Assembly (NCBI GenBank): GCA_002293685.1
Contig: DBDS01000006.1
Span: forward strand, 20,187-84,186
Origin: Patescibacteria group bacterium UBA926
Lineage (GTDB): Bacteria > Patescibacteriota > Doudnabacteria > UBA920
Length of the DNA stretch: 64,000 bases
Direction: 5' to 3'
A program made the translations under genes and the position numbers. Within the stretch, counting starts at the first letter, position 1. Each line of letters opens with the position of its first letter. Of the stretch, positions 17,181-24,674 are shown piece by piece. The notes beneath the pieces were generated by a model. That model had not been told where the DNA came from. It did no database searches and was given only the letters and a program-made list of their open reading frames with translations.

Positions 17181-17507
17181 ATGACCTTTAAACAACAGGT
17201 AATTGAAGTGGTCAGAAAAATTCCACGCGGGAAGGTAGTTAGTTATGGACAAGTCGCAGCAGCAATTGGCAGTCCCCGAGGCGCACGTCAGGTTGGTTGG
17301 GCACTTCACACGCTTGATGGTGATCATAGTGTGCCGTGGTGGCGAGTTATAAATAATGAAGGACGCATTAGTATAAAGGGGAATATGATGTCCACGCCTT
17401 TACTTCAGAAAAAGTTTTTAGAGAGTGAAGGAATTAAAGTTTCAAAAAATTTAGAAATCGATATAGAAAAATATAGACACCACTTTGCGTCGCTACTGCC
17501 GATGTAA
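17181..17507 (+). CDS. Alkyltransferase-like (ATL) protein: MGMT DNA-binding domain lacking the catalytic Cys (PWWRV)
   Basis: HTH of the Ogt C-terminal domain (IPRGKVVSYGQVAAAIGSPRGARQVGWAL). The active-site PCHRV is replaced by PWWRV, as in ATL proteins (PWHRV). Confidence 0.7.
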   Translation: MTFKQQVIEVVRKIPRGKVVSYGQVAAAIGSPRGARQVGWALHTLDGDHSVPWWRVINNEGRISIKGNMMSTPLLQKKFLESEGIKVSKNLEIDIEKYRHHFASLLPM

Positions 17508-17525
17508 CGTAACGACAACTTTAGC

Positions 17526-18116
17526 ATGAACATTTTTGTTAAAATTTTAAAGTATTTTTTATTTGCCGTATTGGTGGTTTTAATTTTGAACGTTGGCTTC
17601 ATTTATACCATCGCAAAGAGCCGACCGGAAATTGAACGCGCTGATGCAATTATTGTGTTAGGCGCCGCAATTAATACACCAGCGTTAACAAACCGAACAG
17701 CTGAGGGGTTACGCTTGTATCAAGATCGAAAAGCCGAGGTAATGGTTCTTTCTGGTGGAAAAATTTCTGAAAGCGATATTTCCGAAGCAGAATATATGGA
17801 AAAAGTAATCAATCGATTTAGTGATGAACCTGTTGAATATTTATTAGAAGAAAATTCGGGAACAACTTATGAGAATATAAAAAACTCCCAAGCTAAGCTA
17901 AGAGAAGCGGGGAGAGCTGATAATGGCTCGGTTATAATTGTGAGTGATGAGTTTCATTTAGCTCGCGGAGTTTTATTAGCCAAGCGCGCCGGTTTTGAAA
18001 CAGTTTACTGGAGTGCCCCAGCACCAAATTACTATTCACAAGAACAATTACGTTTTTACTACTTTCGCGAATTCATGGCCATGATAAACTACATCCCTAA
18101 ATTCATTTTTGGGTAA
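17526..18116 (+). CDS. DUF218 (YdcF/SanA/ElyC family) protein
   Basis: N-terminal TM helix, then IVLGAAINTPALTNRTAEGLRLYQDRKA...VLSGG, the DUF218 signature. Confidence 0.65.
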   Translation: MNIFVKILKYFLFAVLVVLILNVGFIYTIAKSRPEIERADAIIVLGAAINTPALTNRTAEGLRLYQDRKAEVMVLSGGKISESDISEAEYMEKVINRFSDEPVEYLLEENSGTTYENIKNSQAKLREAGRADNGSVIIVSDEFHLARGVLLAKRAGFETVYWSAPAPNYYSQEQLRFYYFREFMAMINYIPKFIFG

Positions 18117-18308
18117 ACTTGCATTTTAAGACGGTTTTTGATAGAATAAAATCAACTAAATAACCCAAGACAGTTGGTGGCGAAAGCCCTAAATTTGGCT
18201 AATATAAGCCAAAGCCCACCGAGGAACGAAATGAGCGCTAATTATAGCCTTATATTTTTGACTCGGTACATACCATTAGGTAAGACCGAGTTTTGTGTTT
18301 ACTCACCC

Positions 18309-18381
18309 TGTCATTCTGAGCCCAGCTTGCTGGGTGAAGAATCTTGTTTGAGATCCTTCGGCCGTTGGCCTTAGGATGACA
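18309..18381. repeat. About 73-nt hairpin repeat element (copy A) with TGTCATTCTGA...AGGATGACA termini
   Basis: The termini form an inverted repeat. The internal GAATCTTGT-T-AGATCCTTC segment is conserved with copy B at 19200-19272. Confidence 0.6.
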
Positions 18382-18439
18382 ATCACTGGTTTTTAGTTTC
18401 ACCCTGTTAAATGCCGCGAAGCGGCTCTTGCCTTAAGCA

Positions 18440-18670
18440 AGATTTAAGAGGGTAAAAGGTCGAAATTTCATAGCACCGAACCATCTGGCTTTGTCAGTGG
18501 TGAGGTGGCGAAGGAAAGGGGAGGCAGATTCGCGTAGCGAATCGTTGGAAGGGTGCGGGTTAAGTCCAAACTTGGTTTGGACTGCTAACCGCGGAAAACC
18601 CCTTCCGAGAAGGTTAATCCTTTGGGATTCACTCCCAAAGGTGCTAACCGGGTTTTCCCCTCCAAAGGTA
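18440..18670 (+). promoter_or_regulatory. Highly structured leader upstream of rplJ; candidate ribosomal protein L10 autoregulatory leader
   Basis: Three perfect hairpins (GATTCGC-gta-GCGAATC; GTCCAAAC-ttg-GTTTGGAC; CCTTTGGG-attcact-CCCAAAGG). Long-range complementarity CGGAAAACCC/GGGTTTTCCC. Directly abuts the rplJ start. Overlapping ORFs look spurious. Confidence 0.3.
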
Positions 18671-18674
18671 TTTT

Positions 18675-19190
18675 ATGGCAAAAACAAGGCAACAAAAGGA
18701 ACAAGATTTGCAGGAATTAGTAGATCGTCTAAAGGACGCGAAGAGTGTTGTATTAGCCGACTACCGCGGTACAACAGTGAAAGAAATTGACTCTTTCCGC
18801 CGCGCACTTGGCAACGAAGCTGTAACAAGCAAAGTTTACAAGATTTCTTTGATCAAGAAAGCTTTCGAAGCAAATGGCATCGATGCATCAAGTCTTGATT
18901 ATAAAACTCCAGTAATTCTTTCTGTTTCTCAAGACGATGAAGTCGCTCCGGCGCGCATCGCAAAGAATATTTCAAAAGATGTAAAGACAATCAGCATCTT
19001 AAGTGGTGTACTCGATGGTCAATTTGCATCTCGCGAACAAGTGTTGGCGTTAGCTGACTTGCCAAGCAAAGATGAACTTCGTGCCAAAGTTGTTGGTACG
19101 ATTAACGCTCCAGTTTCTGGATTCGTAAATGTTCTTGCTGGTAATCTCCGTGGCTTGATTAATGTCCTTCAAGCTGCATCTCAGAAGTAG
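18675..19190 (+). CDS. rplJ: 50S ribosomal protein L10
   Basis: DLQELVDRLKDAKSVVLADYRGTTVKEIDSFRRAL is L10-like. Followed by rplL. Confidence 0.9.
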   Translation: MAKTRQQKEQDLQELVDRLKDAKSVVLADYRGTTVKEIDSFRRALGNEAVTSKVYKISLIKKAFEANGIDASSLDYKTPVILSVSQDDEVAPARIAKNISKDVKTISILSGVLDGQFASREQVLALADLPSKDELRAKVVGTINAPVSGFVNVLAGNLRGLINVLQAASQK

Positions 19191-19199
19191 AAAACCTTC

Positions 19200-19272
19200 T
19201 GTCATTCTGACCCTAAGCTTTCCGAAGGGGAGGAATCTTGTATTCAGATCCTTCACTGCGTTCAGGATGACA
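19200..19272. repeat. About 73-nt hairpin repeat element (copy B) in the rplJ-rplL spacer
   Basis: Same termini (TGTCATTCTGA...AGGATGACA), same length and same conserved core as copy A. Confidence 0.6.
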
Positions 19273-19301
19273 GGAAATAGCATAATTAATTATTTATAAA
19301 T

Positions 19302-19706
19302 ATGTCAGAAGAAAATAAGACAGTTGAAGTTCCTGCAAAGTTTGCTGACTTAGTAGGTTCTATCGAAAAGCTTTCCGTTTTGGAACTTTCCGAATTAGTT
19401 AAAGTATTAGAAGAAAAGTTTGGTGTATCCGCTGCCGCTCCTATGATGATGGCTGGTGGACCAGCTGCTGGCGGTGCTGCCGCAGCAGAAGAAAAAGATG
19501 AATTCAGTGTAGAATTGACATCTGCTGGTGAAAGCAAAATCAACGTGATCAAAGTTGTTCGCGAAGTTACCGGTCTTGGCTTGAAAGAAGCTAAGGATAT
19601 GGTAGATGGCGCTCCACAAGTTGTTAAAGAAAACGCTCCAAAGGCAGAAGCTGAAGAGCTAAAGAAGAAGCTTGAAGAAGCTGGTGGTACAGTAACTCTT
19701 AAATAA
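19302..19706 (+). CDS. rplL: 50S ribosomal protein L7/L12
   Basis: N-terminal dimerisation domain, Ala/Gly/Glu hinge, and a C-terminal domain ([32 protein letters not shown]). Confidence 0.9.
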   Translation: MSEENKTVEVPAKFADLVGSIEKLSVLELSELVKVLEEKFGVSAAAPMMMAGGPAAGGAAAAEEKDEFSVELTSAGESKINVIKVVREVTGLGLKEAKDMVDGAPQVVKENAPKAEAEELKKKLEEAGGTVTLK

Positions 19707-19710
19707 TGTC

Positions 19711-19762
19711 ATTCCGGACTTGATCCGGAATCTAAAAAAGACCTCCGTTGGGGGTCTTTTTT
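19711..19762 (+). terminator. Truncated TGTCATTC-family hairpin (ATTCCGGA-cttg-TCCGGAAT) followed by a rho-independent terminator (GACCTCC-gttg-GGGGGTC plus T6)
   Basis: Both seen directly. Terminates the rplJL transcript. Confidence 0.6.
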
Positions 19763-19780
19763 GTTGGCAATATGGTAGTC

Positions 19781-20011
19781 CTATTGGTTTGCACGGTCTG
19801 CAATTTCTTTGAAAAACTTCTTCCATCTATCAACTTGATTTTGAGCTTCAATAGTTCTAGGGCCTATGAAAGGTCTCCCATCCCATCCTTCTGATTTACC
19901 AGCCCATGCTCCTGGAGCAATTTTTGTCCATCCAGCCTCGATTAATCTTTCTTCTTGTTGCTGTGCTTTCTCCTGTCGCTTCTTTTCTCGGTAAGCTCTT
20001 CCCATATTCAA
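19781..20011 (-). CDS. Hypothetical small basic protein
   Basis: 76-aa ORF with a 19-nt gap from the upstream gene on the minus strand. Confidence 0.4.
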   Translation of the reverse strand: MNMGRAYREKKRQEKAQQQEERLIEAGWTKIAPGAWAGKSEGWDGRPFIGPRTIEAQNQVDRWKKFFKEIADRANQ

Positions 20012-20029
20012 TTTTCCTCCAACCTATAT

Positions 20030-22060
20030 TTAAAAACTAACTCTTAGCAACTCACTTCCATTTAGAATATGAATGTTGCGGGCGGATTCGTTGACTGCAA
20101 AGTCTCTCATGTCAGTGAATTGATCGCTGGTTAAAGTCTGAACCATGCCACCATCTTTGTTTAGGATCACAATCCTTCGTTTTGATGGATCGAGCACGTA
20201 AATGTTTTGGTAGTTTATTTCGGTGTAGAGTTTGCCTGCATCAGAGAAGTCGGTGATTGCTGAATTAAATGGTTGTTTGCTACCTGCGTTAAACTTATGA
20301 ATAGTGCCGCCGGATAAAACGTAGATGTTTCCATCAATGGCTAAGTCGACTGCATCACGAACTACATCATCAGTAACAGAAGTGGTTTGGCCGCCGAAAG
20401 TTCGTCCGGTTGTGGTGTAGCTTTTTATTTGCCCAACAGATCTATCGATTATATAGACTCGGTTGTTGGTTGGATAAGTTTTAATTCCTCCGAAATCAGC
20501 AGTGCTTGGGATTCCGGTGGTAAACCTTCCAGTTACGATGTCGCCATTAATATCCCAGATGAATAGCTCACTGCCGTTGTAAATCGCGGCGAGGTTATTA
20601 TTGAGGGCGATACTATCAAGGATAGATTCACTAGAGCGAAGCGCGTTGTCGGCAATCACTGTGCTGGTTTTGTTGTAGCTAACAATTGTGCGGTTGGTTT
20701 CGGTTGCAAGAAAGTTTGGTAAATCAATTAAATGTTGGGCGTTGCCAAGACTTCCTAGGTTAGTGACGTTAGCTTGTTCAACTTTACTTAGCTTTTTGCT
20801 TAAATCATCAGCCATTGTGCGTAATTCCTGTGCAAGGTTACGTTGGGCATCATCTGGGAATTCCGCAGGGAGGTCAGCGATTAACTCTTGGGCTTCTGAA
20901 AGTAAACCAGCTGCCTGGGCTTCATCACCATAAAGAATCGCCGCATTACTATCATTTAGTTTGCTTTCAATTTGTTCAAGTTGGGCGCTAGCGCTTTGAA
21001 CCATCTCAGTTTGATTTTTGTTCACTCTTACAATCACTAGATTAGCCACGAGTGCCAACAATAAAATTACTGCGGAGATTAAGAAGAATTTTTTCTGTCG
21101 ACTAAAATTTGAAATCTGACTTGGTTGAAACTTTGCTGCTGTTTTCTTTAGATGGCCTTGAACTATGCTAACCGATTCACCGCTCCTATCAGCAACTCCG
21201 CGCCAGAAACTCGGCTTTAAATATTTATTTTTTAAATCACCAGCAAAATTTTTCGCAATTAACATTCCAGTACTGGCACCAGTCATAACTTTAGATTTAA
21301 TTTTTGGCGGGATCCAACTTTTTCCTGATTCTTGTTCATCATCTTCTTGTGGTCCGGCCAAGTACTGACCCAAATCTACTTCTTCATCTGTTATTGAACC
21401 CGCCTCCACCTGAAGTGCGAAGATAGTACCACAAGCGACTTCTGGCCCCATCTCAGATTGGAGATATTCAATCATACTTTGTGCAGCTAGAGGGAGTTCG
21501 TTTTGGTCTAACAAAGATTTAATGCGATCTATGGAGATATGGTTCAACAACTGCGAAGTTGAAAGAATGAACATATCATTAAGCTTGAGTTTGCCTTCCG
21601 AAAATTGTTCAAAAGTTTTAAGAGGTTGATTATTGCTTGATGCTTCGGTGACAGAAACAAACTTACCTTCACGATAAAGTAGGGCAGATATCTTTCCAAC
21701 AGTCGCAACACTCAAAATATTGTTATTTTTTACAGCTACAACTGCATTGAGTTTGCCTAGCCAGTGAGTTTTTCCTAGAGTGACAAGTTTGGCAAGTTCT
21801 TCATTGATGGTTGCTAGTGCGTTCTCAAAAATACTTGCGCGGTAAGTTTTTCGGTAGCTACGCTTGAGTGATGCAGTAATAGCTTCGGCGATGCGTTGAC
21901 ATTCTTCTTTTGCCGCAGGGTTAAATAACGGCATTTCGCAGATTACATAGAGTTCAGTGCCAGATATATCGATGGTCTCGGCAAGAGTGAATACAAAACT
22001 ACTCGCTTGGCGATTATCGCCGAGTTGGATTTTGACTACTTGGGTTTCTAATTCGGTCAT
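20030..22060 (-). CDS. Membrane protein with a cytoplasmic PP2C-like (degenerate) domain, a TM helix and an extracellular beta-propeller-like domain
   Basis: A PP2C-like segment (AVVAVKNNNILSVATVGKISALLYREGKF) aligns to ...VANVGDSRAYL... but lacks the Asp of GDSR, and DGL is replaced by SQL. Central TM helix (FFLISAVILLLALVANLVIV). C-terminal repetitive beta-rich region. Confidence 0.4.
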   Translation of the reverse strand: MTELETQVVKIQLGDNRQASSFVFTLAETIDISGTELYVICEMPLFNPAAKEECQRIAEAITASLKRSYRKTYRASIFENALATINEELAKLVTLGKTHWLGKLNAVVAVKNNNILSVATVGKISALLYREGKFVSVTEASSNNQPLKTFEQFSEGKLKLNDMFILSTSQLLNHISIDRIKSLLDQNELPLAAQSMIEYLQSEMGPEVACGTIFALQVEAGSITDEEVDLGQYLAGPQEDDEQESGKSWIPPKIKSKVMTGASTGMLIAKNFAGDLKNKYLKPSFWRGVADRSGESVSIVQGHLKKTAAKFQPSQISNFSRQKKFFLISAVILLLALVANLVIVRVNKNQTEMVQSASAQLEQIESKLNDSNAAILYGDEAQAAGLLSEAQELIADLPAEFPDDAQRNLAQELRTMADDLSKKLSKVEQANVTNLGSLGNAQHLIDLPNFLATETNRTIVSYNKTSTVIADNALRSSESILDSIALNNNLAAIYNGSELFIWDINGDIVTGRFTTGIPSTADFGGIKTYPTNNRVYIIDRSVGQIKSYTTTGRTFGGQTTSVTDDVVRDAVDLAIDGNIYVLSGGTIHKFNAGSKQPFNSAITDFSDAGKLYTEINYQNIYVLDPSKRRIVILNKDGGMVQTLTSDQFTDMRDFAVNESARNIHILNGSELLRVSF

Positions 22061-22217
22061 GAAATTGGCAGAAAATGAGAGATTAAAGACATTCCCAGTG
22101 TTTTTGCTAGCTGAATCTGAGATTGAATATTGATACTACTATTATACCATTTTCTCACAGAATTGCAGGGCTTTTAAATAAGTACTAAATTTTGGGTATG
22201 TTATAATAATTTTACTT

Positions 22218-22940
22218 ATGGTTACATTACTTTCTGATATTCTTGATTCGAAACAGCCAGCAGATTTGTTAGCTTTTTTATTGGTTGCTCCTGAGCGAGC
22301 TTTCTCGGTTCGCGAACTGGCTGTTCGGCTAAACACTACCTCTGCGAGTGTAAATAACTCTATTAAAACCTTAGAGCAAACAAATTTTGTGAATTCTTTT
22401 AACAAAGGAAGCACTAAATTTTACTTATTAAATTTGCGACACGCCCAGGTAAAGGGTTTACGTGAGCAATCTTTGGCAGAACTCGGTGCGTGGCCTGATG
22501 AGTTGTTTGCGAGTCTAAAAAAACTTGGTCAGTTGTCAGGGATTTTCTTATCGGGATTGTTTGTTGGTCGAACTGAATTACCCGTGGATATGTTGTTAGT
22601 AGGGAAGGTGAGTTTAGGTAAATTAGAAGGTTTTCTTGATACAACAAAGAAATTAACTGGAAATGAGATAAATTATAGTATTATGACGCGCGAAGAGTTT
22701 GAACTGCGCCGTGATACTTTCGATAGATTTATTAAAGATATTTTTGACTACCCACACATAGTTGTTTACGATAAGCCGAAGCCTACGCGCGTAAGATCAG
22801 AGAAGAAGACTGTTGTTAAAACAAAGCCTAAGTTAAAAGTGAAAGCTAAAGCTGTGGTGAAGAAAAAAAATACTAAGAAAATCGCAAAAAAAGTTGTAAA
22901 AACTAAAAAAGCAAAAACTGCTTTAAAAAAGAGAAAATAA
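22218..22940 (+). CDS. wHTH DNA-binding protein with a degenerate nucleotidyltransferase-like core and a Lys-rich histone-H1-like tail
   Basis: N-terminal wHTH (FSVRELAVRLNTTSASVNNSIKTLEQTNFV). IFLSGLFVGRTELPVDMLLVG resembles a minimal NTase motif. C-terminal ~60 aa are KK/AKK repeats. Confidence 0.45.
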   Translation: MVTLLSDILDSKQPADLLAFLLVAPERAFSVRELAVRLNTTSASVNNSIKTLEQTNFVNSFNKGSTKFYLLNLRHAQVKGLREQSLAELGAWPDELFASLKKLGQLSGIFLSGLFVGRTELPVDMLLVGKVSLGKLEGFLDTTKKLTGNEINYSIMTREEFELRRDTFDRFIKDIFDYPHIVVYDKPKPTRVRSEKKTVVKTKPKLKVKAKAVVKKKNTKKIAKKVVKTKKAKTALKKRK

Positions 22941-22943
22941 TAT

Positions 22944-23174
22944 ATGGACATCTTCTATCAATTATATGAACAATTTTTGAGTTATTTTCCAAGCTTCTTA
23001 CATCCAGTAATTTCGATTGGTTTAGCTGTTTTGTTCGTCTACTCTGTGTTTCAAGCCTTGAAGCAAAACATTATTTTCATAATTATATTAGTGGTTTTAT
23101 TACCTGCTTCAATTCCAATTTTAAAAAGTGTTCTGGATATAATTGTTAACATTGTTAAGTTTTTATTACCTTAG
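22944..23174 (+). CDS. Small membrane protein
   Basis: 76 aa with two TM helices, 4 nt after the upstream gene. Confidence 0.35.
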   Translation: MDIFYQLYEQFLSYFPSFLHPVISIGLAVLFVYSVFQALKQNIIFIIILVVLLPASIPILKSVLDIIVNIVKFLLP

Positions 23175-23245
23175 AGGAGTTGGGGATAACTAGACTAACA
23201 GCCGATATTTCGGCTGTTTTTGTATGTTTGACATAGGGTGAACGA

Positions 23246-23266
23246 TTGTATACTATACATATACAA
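23246..23266 (+). promoter_or_regulatory. Candidate LexA operator (inverted repeat TTGTATA-N7-TATACAA) overlapping a TATACT -10 box
   Basis: Perfect 7-bp arms of CTGT/ACAG-like type, 15 bp upstream of the lexA start. Confidence 0.4.
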
Positions 23267-23280
23267 GAGAACAAATTTAA

Positions 23281-23901
23281 TTGAAACATATGAGCATCAC
23301 AGATAGACAAAAAGAATTACTGGAATTTATAGTCAGACAAATTAGGGAGCACAGTCTTCCACCCTCGCTTTCCGAAATGGCAGATCACCTTGGGGTTAAA
23401 TCAAAGAACGCGGTTTCAAAATTATTGGCCAGTTTAGAAGATGGTGGTTACATAGAGACTTCTGGAAAGGCTCGGGGCGTGAAAGTTTTAAACAGCTTAA
23501 CCGATAGTTTGCAAAAAGGTTTAATCAGAGTTCCGGTGCTGGGTTCGATTCAAGCAGGTTCTCCTCACTTAGCAGAAGAGTTTGTAGAAGAATGGGTGAA
23601 TTTGCCGCAAACCTTAATCAAGGGCCGGCGCGATGTCTTTCTTCTGAGAGTAAGAGGGGATAGTATGATAAACGCAGGAATCCATGAAGGAGACTTAGTA
23701 ATAGTAAGACCAACTAGAGAAGCCAAGAATAATGATATCGTTGTCGCACTGCTTCACGATGAAGCTACGGTGAAGAGGTTTGTACAGATTAAAAACAGAG
23801 CATACTTAAAAGCAGAGAATCCAGATTATCAGAACATCTATCCAAAAGAAGAGTGGATGATACAGGGAAAAGTAGTAGGCGTAATTCGAAACTTGGAATA
23901 A
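23281..23901 (+). CDS. lexA: LexA repressor
   Basis: N-terminal LexA DNA-binding domain. Cleavage-site region VLGSIQAGSP. S24 catalytic Ser (RVRGDSMI) and Lys (ATVKRF). Confidence 0.85.
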   Translation: MKHMSITDRQKELLEFIVRQIREHSLPPSLSEMADHLGVKSKNAVSKLLASLEDGGYIETSGKARGVKVLNSLTDSLQKGLIRVPVLGSIQAGSPHLAEEFVEEWVNLPQTLIKGRRDVFLLRVRGDSMINAGIHEGDLVIVRPTREAKNNDIVVALLHDEATVKRFVQIKNRAYLKAENPDYQNIYPKEEWMIQGKVVGVIRNLE

Positions 23902-24299
23902 GGCTCGTTGCGCTCGTAAATTTGACTATCTCCTTTGTCGTCAGTTCCGGTGCTCGCTCTGCGTACGTTTCAGTACGCGGCGCTCCGCTCCTCACTGACT
24001 TCGCGGATCTGATTCAAATTTACTTCGCTTAGATTTAATTAATTATCAATCAACTTATATTTAACAACCGTAATTTATACGATTATGTCTGATTTAGAAT
24101 TAACAAAAAAAGAAATCATAGCCAAGTTGCAGAAACTTTGTGCGCACTGTGCTTCCAAAAGAAAGCATGTGTGCAATGTTCAAAGGATCTCTCTTCAGGT
24201 GAAAGCATTTCGAGGAATTCCGCTTATTGTCAACAATGAGTTCCGTGGTGTAATATATAGCCAATAACTCCCTAGTTAGCCGAAGGAGGGCTATAGGTC

Positions 24300-24428
24300 A
24301 TGTATGAACATCCCGAAAAGCGAATGGGTAGTATTGCTACGCAGAGCATTAGTAGTTTCAGCTTACTGAACTTACTTTTCTCAGTATTGTTGGTCTTTGC
24401 CTTAATTTTCCTTCGGAAAATTAGGTGA
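24300..24428 (+). CDS. Possible 42-aa small membrane peptide (below the ORF-track cutoff)
   Basis: Strong SD (AGGAGGG) 9 nt upstream of the ATG, a hydrophobic C-terminal helix, and a rho-independent terminator 35 nt downstream. Confidence 0.3.
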   Translation: MYEHPEKRMGSIATQSISSFSLLNLLFSVLLVFALIFLRKIR

Positions 24429-24464
24429 CAGATTACTCAAATTGGGTTAAAATCTCGTTATATT

Positions 24465-24490
24465 AAGTGTCTGTAATAAGACACTTTTTT
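24465..24490 (+). terminator. Rho-independent terminator (AAGTGTCT-GTAATA-AGACACTT plus T-run)
   Basis: Perfect 8-bp stem followed by TTTTTT. Confidence 0.6.
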
Positions 24491-24542
24491 CTTTTTCCCC
24501 TTAAGTATGAGCAATATTCACATCGAATAGACAGAACTGCTA

Positions 24543-24571
24543 TTGACAAAAAGGGCAAAATGAAGTATACT
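24543..24571 (+). promoter_or_regulatory. Sigma70-type promoter (TTGACA, 17-nt spacer, TATACT) for the large surface-protein gene
   Basis: Near-consensus -35 and -10 hexamers with a 17-nt spacer, about 100 bp upstream of the 24675 start. Confidence 0.55.
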
Positions 24572-24674
24572 AATCAGATTTATTACTAACCGCCAGGTTG
24601 GAGTAAATCAAGTAATTCATTAACTGATTGCTGAAAAGGATTTAGCCTGTTGCTAAAAACAATTTTCACCAATC

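Noticed and set aside
18174-18790. ORF-track CDSs 18174-18374 and 18491-18790
   Set aside because: They overlap the ~73-nt hairpin repeat and the structured rplJ leader, and 18491-18790 runs into the rplJ coding sequence in another frame. The Gly/Arg-rich, low-complexity translations look spurious.
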